A stretch of DNA of 18,071 nt, from assembly GCA_046735395.1 (NCBI GenBank), contig JBJKQR010000083.1:1-18071 (forward strand). Reading direction: 5' to 3'. Under the pieces are notes generated by a model. It made no database searches. It saw nothing but the letters and a program-made list of their open reading frames with translations, and had not been told where the DNA came from. The number at the start of each line of letters is the position of its first letter. Within the stretch, counting starts at the first letter, position 1. The position numbers and the translations under genes were made by a program. Of the stretch, positions 9,101 to 16,241 are shown piece by piece. This stretch comes from Fidelibacterota bacterium. Lineage in GTDB: Bacteria; Fidelibacterota; Fidelibacteria; Fidelibacterales; DSDE01.

Positions 9101-10067
9101 GAGCAAGAATATTCAGGGAAGTCCCTATTCGGGCGAAACCTATGATACGGATATTTTCGATGGGTTGCAGCTCAGCTTCAATAATAAGTGGGTTCTGGAA
9201 AAAGTGGACAGTCTCTGTTACTGGACCGCCGCCAGCGGAACCTATCCCTGGAATCTGTCCACCATTTCCAAGGATCTGGACCGGGATGGAATCTATGACC
9301 TCATCGGAACCAAATATCCGGGACGCTTTGAATTCCGCTTTTCCGACGGGGCTGCGTACACCACACCGATGGACCTGACTCAGTTTCAGACCCGGCGGCT
9401 TCGGGATAAACCGGTCACGACGAATTTCTATATCTACGATCTCATCGATTCGGTGAAGGTGCCCTTTTTCATCTCCACCATAGAACCCAGCAGCTACAGC
9501 GCCGATTCGGTGTACTCCATTAAATCCGGAGATATCGTCGATATGTTCCGGCTGCTGCCCGACAGCAGTTACCAGTACACGTGGATCGTATCCTTTCTGC
9601 CGGCCGCGCAGGACAGCGAGGCCACCTACACGTACGGTGACGGCGACATTCTGCATATTGAAACAAATATTCCCTTCCGGTCCACGGATGTCTATGAATT
9701 TTCCACGGAGCTGCCGGAGATAAAATCGGAAACAGATAAGAATGTTCTGGATGATATACAGGTTGTTCCCAATCCCTATGTGGTTGCAAACAACATGGAA
9801 TCGCCATTGCCGCCGGCCATCACCACCGGCAGGGGCGAGCGGCGTGTGGAATTCCGGCATCTGCCGAGTGACGCCAGCGTTCATATCTTCAATTCAATGG
9901 GTACGCATATCGTGACCCTGAAACCCGGAAACACCCTGTTTGACGGAACGCTTGCCTGGGATCTGAAATCAAAGGAAAATCTGGACATTTCCTTCGGAGT
10001 CTATTTCTATATCGTGGAATCCCCGGCCTTCGGCAAGAAATCCGGAAAACTGGCAATCATTAAATAG
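6135..10067 (+). CDS. Large secreted acidic protein of unknown function: DGxDNDxD repeats, FN3 domain, C-terminal T9SS/FlgD-Ig-like sorting domain
   Basis: 1310 aa with a signal peptide and an ATGA overlap with the TBDR stop. FN3-like segment at about 8040-8467 (PQPPDKPTLTVVPGDGKVTLYWD..FEGYKIYK..FVDTDVENGRRYFYAVVAYD). The C-terminus at about 9756-10064 (IQVVPNPY..VHIFNSMG..WDLKSKENLDISFGVYFYIVE..GKLAIIK) resembles T9SS CTDs. No catalytic motif was recognised. Confidence 0.85.
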   Translation: MKYKNVISFSLAMMLLSASVPLFGQSSGRQYRRTGIHNANLVRTVFGNWGVIGQPAQKGPRGAWLYDTNGYIGDVSPLIGAEVSYFDTVTNKLVKFHSVVVSPVDRPATGRELSPTGESWTFEPVSGYFNPNNEKVAMSTDPSSWPSSWPDRENDPEDPGWPGKWDGFFGKGVTNADQESYFVMDDNNDQEFNFSNYNNILEPWSPTGRGVDFKPDSTNLARSGMGLQVKVRGLQWAQFLASDVIFWLYEVTNTSTTNYDKVAFGMLAGTYVGVTGADDSPHEYDDDYSFFDVQRDLTYTGDYPNNNARNPKWQGKVGMVGYAFLESPGNPFDGIDNDGDNNPESNPGSHGLIFTAPLFSEADFDSVHYGIGDDVVLINDDYTRTVFHITSLPVTVETRGLTVTLDGTTALIEGNIDGNGDINPNVYDGVDNDLDGLIDENYLVHYRQVRKDQNGKVLIDTLNPVSYIDYRNGIGLDDPLIDEKRNDGIDNDGDWDPLIDDVGADGKAGTLDYGENDGVPTAGEPNFDQTDVDESDQIGLTSFNYFTPANDYPMNDDEALWDWMKPGYFDVPSSIVNNKPISGEDGDFIYGSGYFPLRAGQTERFSLALVYGNDITDLLKNRETVQKIYNADYRFPQPPDKPTLTVVPGDGKVTLYWDRISENSMDPVTKEYDFEGYKIYKATDADFADVFKVTNMNGIVSGYIPLQQYDVKDGVKGIFYPREDLYQDAEGFSFNLGSDSGLRHSFVDTDVENGRRYFYAVVAYDKGNAAEDIFPSENTKFISIQPNGDIITDINTAMVRPSAVAAGYDGNNDATSLSHMTGNAGGTIRYTVVDDSQLTGHHYRVSFGDSYSDRIDNDNDWNILTDDVGSDGDPNVIDADSTQNNGVPDPGEPNFDWRDRDEFSVKTSWYSVLDLTGHSESVDLDTSWIYLARQHLIGQTLLISRSSDPNNYLPLDVVELDSLRGKLRLRSEEDAGSYLLNYQYFPVYRSKNIQGSPYSGETYDTDIFDGLQLSFNNKWVLEKVDSLCYWTAASGTYPWNLSTISKDLDRDGIYDLIGTKYPGRFEFRFSDGAAYTTPMDLTQFQTRRLRDKPVTTNFYIYDLIDSVKVPFFISTIEPSSYSADSVYSIKSGDIVDMFRLLPDSSYQYTWIVSFLPAAQDSEATYTYGDGDILHIETNIPFRSTDVYEFSTELPEIKSETDKNVLDDIQVVPNPYVVANNMESPLPPAITTGRGERRVEFRHLPSDASVHIFNSMGTHIVTLKPGNTLFDGTLAWDLKSKENLDISFGVYFYIVESPAFGKKSGKLAIIK
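7593..8840 (+). repeat. Intragenic duplicated acidic module of about 48-50 aa (copies at 7593-7736 and 8691-8840)
   Basis: Copy 1: DGIDNDGDWDPLIDDVGADGKAGTLDYGENDGVPTAGEPNFDQTDVDE. Copy 2: DRIDNDNDWNILTDDVGSDGDPNVIDADSTQNNGVPDPGEPNFDWRDRDE. Shorter DGxDNDxD motifs also occur at 7131-7154 and 7416-7454. Confidence 0.85.
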
Positions 10068-10077
10068 GTTACGGATA

Positions 10078-11094
10078 ATGAAGAGGATAAAACATACTTC
10101 ACTGATTTTCATGGCCATCGTGCTTGGCGCTGCTCAGATGACGGGTCAGTCCAAGGTCGGAACCACAGCGGCTTCCTTTCTGGGCATTCCGGTCGGAGCA
10201 AAGGCCATGTCCATGGGAGCTGCCTGCACCGCGATCGGAGATGATCCGGGCGCTCTGGCCTGGAATCCGGGTGTCATTCAATCGGAACAGATGAATTTCT
10301 ATGCGAGTCAGACGGCCTGGCTGGTGGGCAGCACTCACCAGTTCATCGGGGCGCAGATCCACATGACGCCCAACGATGCCTTCGGTATCAGTATTGTGTC
10401 ACTGGACTACGGGACACGGGAAAAAGTGACCACCGTGGCCCAGCCGGACGGAACCGGGGAATACTGGAATGCATCGGATATCGCTCTGGCTCTGTCCTAT
10501 GCCCGCCGGGTGACGGACCGTTTTTCCATCGGCGGAAGCGGCAAATATATTAAAAGCTCTATCTGGCATGAACAGGCCTCCCAGTTTGCCCTGGACCTGG
10601 GCCTGATCTTTGAGACGCAGTTCAATGGCCTGAAGATCGGCGCGACGCTCCGGAATTTCGGTGGCCAAATGCAGCTGTCCGGCCAGGATCTGGTGAACCG
10701 TATTGATCTGGATCCGACCAACAAGGGAAATAATGAGAACATTCCGGCGAATCTGAAAACGGATCCCTGGCCGCTGCCTCTGACCTTTACGGTCGGCGCA
10801 TCCATGCCGGTCGTTGATACACGTGCCCTGACCGTCGTTCTGTCAGCCGATGCCGTGCGCCCCACCGATAATGTGGAATCGTTCAATTTCGGTACGGAAA
10901 TAATAATGATGAACATATTAAAATTGAGAGCGGGTTACCAGTCCCTGTTCCAGAATACCGTTGAATCGGGCGCGTCTCTGGGCTTCGGCCTGCAGACACC
11001 GATTCAGGGTTTCAGAATGAACCTGGATTATGCCTTCCAGGAATTCGGACGTTTCGGGAATGTCCATACCTGGGCTCTTACTTTTAATATGTAA
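10078..11094 (+). CDS. PorV/PorQ-family (UPF0164, FadL-like) outer-membrane beta-barrel protein
   Basis: 338 aa with a signal peptide. N-terminal signature GTTAASFLGIPVGAKAMSMGAACTAIGDDPGALAWNPG, plus ALSYARRVTDRFSIGGSGKYI, FALDLG, LPLTFTVG, LKLRAGY, LDYAF and a terminal amphipathic strand HTWALTFNM. Confidence 0.88.
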   Translation: MKRIKHTSLIFMAIVLGAAQMTGQSKVGTTAASFLGIPVGAKAMSMGAACTAIGDDPGALAWNPGVIQSEQMNFYASQTAWLVGSTHQFIGAQIHMTPNDAFGISIVSLDYGTREKVTTVAQPDGTGEYWNASDIALALSYARRVTDRFSIGGSGKYIKSSIWHEQASQFALDLGLIFETQFNGLKIGATLRNFGGQMQLSGQDLVNRIDLDPTNKGNNENIPANLKTDPWPLPLTFTVGASMPVVDTRALTVVLSADAVRPTDNVESFNFGTEIIMMNILKLRAGYQSLFQNTVESGASLGFGLQTPIQGFRMNLDYAFQEFGRFGNVHTWALTFNM

Positions 11095-11125
11095 ATAAGG
11101 TAAAAACCTAAAAAAGGAGACAAGG

Positions 11126-13141
11126 ATGAAACGAATGGTAAAATTTGCAGCTGTGATGGCGCTGTTGATGGCAGTGACAGTCACGGCATATGCCAATGTG
11201 AACGTCACGTTCCGTGCGAATAGCTGCATGGTTCAGGGCGTGCTCGATACGAATGATGTATCGACAGACGGCAACGGCCTCACCGGTGTGGACCTGCGAG
11301 GTACGGTACAGTCCTATGCGGGCGGCGCCGACTGGACCCCGGGAGACAATCCCATGGTCAGTGACGGCGGTGACTACTGGAGCTATACGATCTCTTTTCC
11401 CGATGCTGCCATCGGATCCAGTCTGGAGTATAAGTTCGGCTTCACGGTTCTGAATCTGGACGGGACCATCACGTCCAACTGGGAAAGTGCCAATAACCGT
11501 CCATTTACCGTGCCGGCAACGGATACGGTTCTGCCTGTGGACTATGTGGGTGACGGCAGTGTTCCTTTCACGGATAATCCTGATACCATGGATGTCTATC
11601 TTCGGGTGAATATGGGAGCGAATGTTGATTTCGATTCAAAGACCGGTACGGTATACCTGGCCGGTGACATCGTTACCCCGAACTGGTCACCCGGAAGTGT
11701 TGCCATGAATCAGGAAGGAAGCTCGGATTACTGGAATCTGCATGTCGAATGTGCTGCCGGTAGCTATCAGTACAAGTTTACGCCCGGTACATCCTGGGAT
11801 GGGTCCGAGGAAAGCAACAACCGCTCGCTGACGGTGAATCAGGATACCACTGTTCAGTGGGTTTGGTTCAATGATGTTCCGGCCCTGGGTTTCACAGGTC
11901 AGGATACGGCAGACATCACCTTCGAAACCGACCTGTCCTATGCCGTGCAGAATAACGGTTTTACACTGGGTGATACCCTGCTGGTCCGCTTCGGATACGG
12001 CGGTTCTTCCACAACCGTTCTGACTGATACTCTGGTCAATGAAGGCGGCTATGATTATTATGTCATCGTCAATGACATTCCGGTTGGTTTCGGTTCACCC
12101 CTCTACTATCAGTACTATAAGCTGGACAAAGGCCTGGAAATCCGGGAAAATTACTATAATCAGGATCCGTCTCTCGATGATCAGACCCTTGCGGAACGCC
12201 GTTCGGTCATCATCGAATCCGCCACGGCCACCGTCAGTGACTATGGAACTTCTTCCACCGACATGCGCCGCATGCCCACCTTCCGCAACGGAAATGTCAT
12301 TGCCCAGGATACACTGAAAGTCTACCTGGAATGCGATGTCCGCCCGGCCATTTACTCCGTGAAAAATGGCGTGACACTGAATGACGTTCAGGGTGATATT
12401 GACATTACTCCGGCAATGATGGAAGCCTATCCTGACACCATCCTGAATCTGGGTGTCGCCGTAAACGGACCCATCACTGGCAGCTGGGGAAATGACACCG
12501 GAATGGGCGACTGGGGACATCATATCATGTCTCTTGACAACAAGGCCATGTACGATGACGGAACTCACGGTGACCTTACAGCCGGAGATTCCATCTTCAC
12601 GATTACCCTCTACCTCTATGCTGATTCCAGCGGCCTGAACACGGTCGGCCAGGAGTTCAAGTTCGGCATCGGTGGTGGCGACAATGAAGGCGGAGAAGGC
12701 GGCTTCGGAAACAACCATATCGAAAATGTGGACGATTCTCAGGCCGAAACCCGTATGCGCGCCGAATTCGGTTCCATCAACATGCTCTATTATTCCGGTT
12801 GGGATTATGGTACAAATTCCCCGATACTGACTGCCATCAAAACTGCTGACGGCAGCGTTCCCGCGAATTTTGCCCTGAAGCAGAATTTCCCGAATCCCTT
12901 CAACCCCACGACCACGATTTCCTACAGCCTGCCCGTCATGTCTGATGTCACGCTGACGATCTACAACAGTCTGGGACAGTCTGTGGCCACCTATACGGAA
13001 GCTGCACAGGCTGCCGGATCCTACGATCTGGTCTGGAACGGCACGAATAATTTCGGACAGCAGGTCTCGACCGGTGTGTACTTCTACAAACTCAGCGCCG
13101 GCAAATACAGCTCTGTCAAAAAGATGATTTTCATGAAATAA
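11126..13141 (+). CDS. Secreted T9SS type-A/FlgD-Ig CTD protein with tandem CBM20/early-set-like modules (putative glycan-binding surface protein)
   Basis: 671 aa, SD AGGAG upstream, signal peptide ending AYA|N (aa 23/24). Four related modules begin NVTFRAN, DVYLRVNM, DITFETDL and KVYLECDV, with W..G..M....DYW...YKF...E.NNR patterns. YDDGTHGDLTAGDSIFT motif at 12551-12601. Canonical CTD from 12860: FALKQNFPNPFNPTTTISYSLP..LTIYNSLGQ..WNG..VSTGVYFYKL..KKMIFMK. Confidence 0.85.
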   Translation: MKRMVKFAAVMALLMAVTVTAYANVNVTFRANSCMVQGVLDTNDVSTDGNGLTGVDLRGTVQSYAGGADWTPGDNPMVSDGGDYWSYTISFPDAAIGSSLEYKFGFTVLNLDGTITSNWESANNRPFTVPATDTVLPVDYVGDGSVPFTDNPDTMDVYLRVNMGANVDFDSKTGTVYLAGDIVTPNWSPGSVAMNQEGSSDYWNLHVECAAGSYQYKFTPGTSWDGSEESNNRSLTVNQDTTVQWVWFNDVPALGFTGQDTADITFETDLSYAVQNNGFTLGDTLLVRFGYGGSSTTVLTDTLVNEGGYDYYVIVNDIPVGFGSPLYYQYYKLDKGLEIRENYYNQDPSLDDQTLAERRSVIIESATATVSDYGTSSTDMRRMPTFRNGNVIAQDTLKVYLECDVRPAIYSVKNGVTLNDVQGDIDITPAMMEAYPDTILNLGVAVNGPITGSWGNDTGMGDWGHHIMSLDNKAMYDDGTHGDLTAGDSIFTITLYLYADSSGLNTVGQEFKFGIGGGDNEGGEGGFGNNHIENVDDSQAETRMRAEFGSINMLYYSGWDYGTNSPILTAIKTADGSVPANFALKQNFPNPFNPTTTISYSLPVMSDVTLTIYNSLGQSVATYTEAAQAAGSYDLVWNGTNNFGQQVSTGVYFYKLSAGKYSSVKKMIFMK

Positions 13142-13164
13142 ACTGACCGGACATCCGATCTGAC

Positions 13165-13194
13165 AAGAGGCGTCATCCGGCGCCTCTTTTTTTT
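13165..13194 (+). terminator. Rho-independent terminator of the four-gene operon
   Basis: AAGAGGCGTC-ATCC-GGCGCCTCTT stem-loop (one G-U pair) merging into a T8 run, 23 nt after the stop codon. Confidence 0.9.
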
Positions 13195-13230
13195 ATCCCC
13201 CCTGTTTTTCCTCAGGAACTGCATGCATCA

Positions 13231-13285
13231 TCTAACCGAATTCTAACCCTAATCCTATTTATTTCAAATGCTCCCTAACTAAACT
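13231..13285 (+). promoter_or_regulatory. 11-bp-phased direct repeats (TCTAACC x2, degenerate further copies) plus candidate -10 TAAACT; OmpR/PhoB-type activator site candidate
   Basis: TCTAACC at 13231-13237 and 13242-13248, CTAAC again at 13275, and TAAACT at 13280-13285 with no TTG -35 at 17-nt spacing. Confidence 0.45.
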
Positions 13286-13316
13286 CTTCCGTGATAAAAA
13301 CGGGAGAAATAGACAA

Positions 13317-16220
13317 ATGAAAATGGGGAAAATATTTCGGGGCGCAGCACTGTTGCTGTCTCTGTGCGGAGCGGCGGTTTCGGCTTCCGCGCTGACGCTC
13401 AGGGGCCATGTGTCGGATGAAAAGAGCGGTGCCGCACTGGCGGCTGCCAATATTATGCTGGAGGGAAGCTCTTTCGGTGCTGCCAGCGATGTGAAGGGTG
13501 ATTTTGTCATCACGGGCATCACGCAGGGTATTTATACGCTCAGGGTGACCTATATTTCCTACCGCGATTTCCGGCAGGAAAATTTTAGCATGGATCAGGA
13601 TATGGAAGGGCTGAATATTACACTCGCTCAGGAAGCGCTTTCGCTGAACTCGGTGACGGTGGTGGGCCAGAGCGTGAAGGGCAGCGACGTCACCCTCATC
13701 AATGAAAAACGGGATTCGGAGAAGATCCAGGACGGAATCAGCTCACAGCAGATTGCCCGTAACGGCGACGGCAATGCCGGAGACGCACTCAGGAGAGTGA
13801 CGGGCGTATCCGTTCTGGACGGGAAGTATGTCGTGGTGAGAGGCTTGGGCGACCGTTATGTGAATACGCAGATGAATGGTGTACCGGTTCCGTCCCCGGA
13901 GCCGGAAAAGAATGCGGTTCCCCTGAATCTGTTTCCGGGAGCGCTTCTGGAATCAGTCGTTGCCTATAAAACATTTACGCCCGATCTGCCCGGGACTTTT
14001 GCCGGCGGCAGTGTGGATATCCGGACCAAGGCCTATCCTGACAGCCGTATCATTGAATTCAAGGGCGGATCTTCAACAAATACAAGCCTGGCATCTTCGA
14101 AATTTTACAGCAGTGTAACGGGCCGGTATGATTTCTGGGGTTATGACGACGGAAGCAGGGCTTTGCCCAGCTCCATTCCGGCCAGGACCGTTCTGAACCT
14201 GTGGGCCCCGCCGTCCGGAAGCAGCTATGGTGACTGGATGAAGGATCTGGGTCAGTATGGGGCCGCCTTTAATAACGGATTTTCCCTGAAGGGCATGGAC
14301 CGGATCCGTCCCCTAAGTGCCGGCCTGTCTCTGGGAGACCGCTTTGTAGCCGGAGATAATTTCGAATATGGCTATTACGGAAATCTGGCCTTTTCAAATG
14401 GGTATTCCTTTCAGCAGGAGGATTATACCAAATATTCAACATCTGCTTCTGACAGACTGGATCCCTACCTGCATCTGGCAAATGATAAGTCCGGATACAA
14501 CACCTCCCTCAGCGGCAGTTTTTCCACCGGATTCAAATACCGGAAAAATCATCAGCTGAAATTCTATCATGTTTACAGTCATCTGTCCGAGGATGCGGTG
14601 ACCCTGTCCGAAGGCCACACGCCGAATGTGGATCAGGGCGTCTTCATTCGCCAGTATTACAGCGAAAAGTCCATCAGCAATACGACCCTCACCGGAATTC
14701 ACGGATTCGGAGACCGGATTCACCATAAAATCGAATGGGCCTGGAATACGGGAAAATCTCAGCTGAGCGAACCGGATACGCGGAATCAGAATTATCAGTA
14801 TGACGCCGCCAAGGATCTGTACAGGGTTATTACATCGTCTGCCAAGGCGGGAACCCGTGAATTTACCAGCGGTCACGATGAAAATTCCAATGCGGATATC
14901 AGCTACCGGCTCGATTTCAGCGATGCCCTGAGCTTTCCGCTCATCGTGAAGACGGGCGGACGTCTGCAGAACCGCGCCCGGGTTTTTGAAAAACGCAGTT
15001 TCTTCAACGAATATTCGGGCGGATCCTGGCCCCTGAATCTGCTGGAAGTGGGCAGTATTGCAGAAATGGGACAGGGATTTGCTCCGGAAAATTATTTCTA
15101 CGTGGATGAAGCCGGACAGCGGCATGATGGGCTGATCCTTCAGGAAGCAACGGATGAGGCCGGCAGAAATGCATACTCGGCGACGGAGAAGATCAACGCC
15201 CTCTATGGAATGCTCGAAACCGGCGCTCACCTGGGAACGCGGAAGCTGACGCTTATCGGCGGGATGCGCGGCGAGCATTACATCCTGGATATGCTCCCCT
15301 ACAATCCGGTGACGGGGACGCCCTATGTCAATCCGCTGCTGGGAAACCGGGTCGTACGGTCAAACGTGGATGAAATCAACCTGCTTCCCTCTCTGAACCT
15401 GATCCTGGACTGGGATACCACGAAAAAACTGCGGATGTCTCTGTCACGAACCATTGCCCGCGCTGCCTTCCGCGAAATTGCTCCTTTTGAGTATCAGGCC
15501 TTCTACGGCGGGGATGTCATGGTGGGTTACCCCGATCTGAAAACAAATTCCATCCTGAATTTTGACCTGCGTTTCGAACGGTATGGGGGCGCTGGCGAAC
15601 TGCTCGCCTTCGGTGTCTTCGCCAAATATTTCGCCAGTCCCATTGAACTCGCGGCCATTGAGACGGCGGATCTGACCTATCTGACCTACCAGAATGCGAA
15701 AAATGCCCGGAGTGTCGGCTTCGAAGCCGAAATCAGCCAGAATCTCAATATTCTCCCTGTCAGTTGGGGAAAGCTGATGCTGATGAGCAATCTGACCCTG
15801 AACCGAAGCAGAGTCATCACTAACGATATGATCACCCTGTTCAATGGGGTGCAGGTTCAGAACAGTGTGACGGATATTACCCGGCCGCTGCAGGGTCAAT
15901 CGGATTTCATGATGAATGCGAGCCTGAATTACAATGGCCTGAACGGGTTTTTCACTACGCTTTCCTACAACACCTTCAGCCCCCGCCTCATGTCCGTGGG
16001 TACGGGCAGCCTTCCCGGTCAGTACGAACTTCCCTTCCATTCGCTGAATTGGAGCATGTCCAGAAAACTGACTGCGGTGACTCTGGAATTTAAAATGACC
16101 AATCTGCTCGGATCTGCGATCCGTATTGCCATGAAGGAAGCGGCAACCGGGGATTATGTCTATACAAAGTCGGTGAACCCGGGGAAAACGCTTTCCCTGG
16201 CACTGAAAATGAAGCTATAA
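13317..16220 (+). CDS. TonB-dependent receptor 2 (CarboxypepD_reg-like N-domain, plug, barrel)
   Basis: 967 aa with a signal peptide. Motifs: LRGHVSDEKSGAALAAANIML..GAASDVKGDF; plug DGISSQQIARNGDGNAGDALRRVTGVSV..YVVVRGLGDRY..QMNG..LNLFP..YKTFTPDLPGTFAGGSVDIRT; barrel LLPSLNL, SRTIAR..FRE, GYPDLK, NFDLRFERY, RPLQGQS; C-terminal GKTLSLALKMKL. GGAG upstream. It belongs to a different subfamily from receptor 1. Confidence 0.93.
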   Translation: MKMGKIFRGAALLLSLCGAAVSASALTLRGHVSDEKSGAALAAANIMLEGSSFGAASDVKGDFVITGITQGIYTLRVTYISYRDFRQENFSMDQDMEGLNITLAQEALSLNSVTVVGQSVKGSDVTLINEKRDSEKIQDGISSQQIARNGDGNAGDALRRVTGVSVLDGKYVVVRGLGDRYVNTQMNGVPVPSPEPEKNAVPLNLFPGALLESVVAYKTFTPDLPGTFAGGSVDIRTKAYPDSRIIEFKGGSSTNTSLASSKFYSSVTGRYDFWGYDDGSRALPSSIPARTVLNLWAPPSGSSYGDWMKDLGQYGAAFNNGFSLKGMDRIRPLSAGLSLGDRFVAGDNFEYGYYGNLAFSNGYSFQQEDYTKYSTSASDRLDPYLHLANDKSGYNTSLSGSFSTGFKYRKNHQLKFYHVYSHLSEDAVTLSEGHTPNVDQGVFIRQYYSEKSISNTTLTGIHGFGDRIHHKIEWAWNTGKSQLSEPDTRNQNYQYDAAKDLYRVITSSAKAGTREFTSGHDENSNADISYRLDFSDALSFPLIVKTGGRLQNRARVFEKRSFFNEYSGGSWPLNLLEVGSIAEMGQGFAPENYFYVDEAGQRHDGLILQEATDEAGRNAYSATEKINALYGMLETGAHLGTRKLTLIGGMRGEHYILDMLPYNPVTGTPYVNPLLGNRVVRSNVDEINLLPSLNLILDWDTTKKLRMSLSRTIARAAFREIAPFEYQAFYGGDVMVGYPDLKTNSILNFDLRFERYGGAGELLAFGVFAKYFASPIELAAIETADLTYLTYQNAKNARSVGFEAEISQNLNILPVSWGKLMLMSNLTLNRSRVITNDMITLFNGVQVQNSVTDITRPLQGQSDFMMNASLNYNGLNGFFTTLSYNTFSPRLMSVGTGSLPGQYELPFHSLNWSMSRKLTAVTLEFKMTNLLGSAIRIAMKEAATGDYVYTKSVNPGKTLSLALKMKL

Positions 16221-16241
16221 ACAAAGCAAGGAGTAAGATCT

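Noticed and set aside
3349..10067. Classical SusC/SusD pair
   Set aside because: The receptor lacks the SusC plug signature (e.g. LKDASA.AIYG.R.ANGV), and the downstream protein has no lipobox or SusD/TPR character.
10078..11094. FadL long-chain fatty-acid transporter serving the neighbouring fadF/etf genes
   Set aside because: The fold family is related, but the length (338 aa), the FL.I..GA.AM.MG N-terminal signature and the position between two CTD proteins fit PorV/PorQ better.
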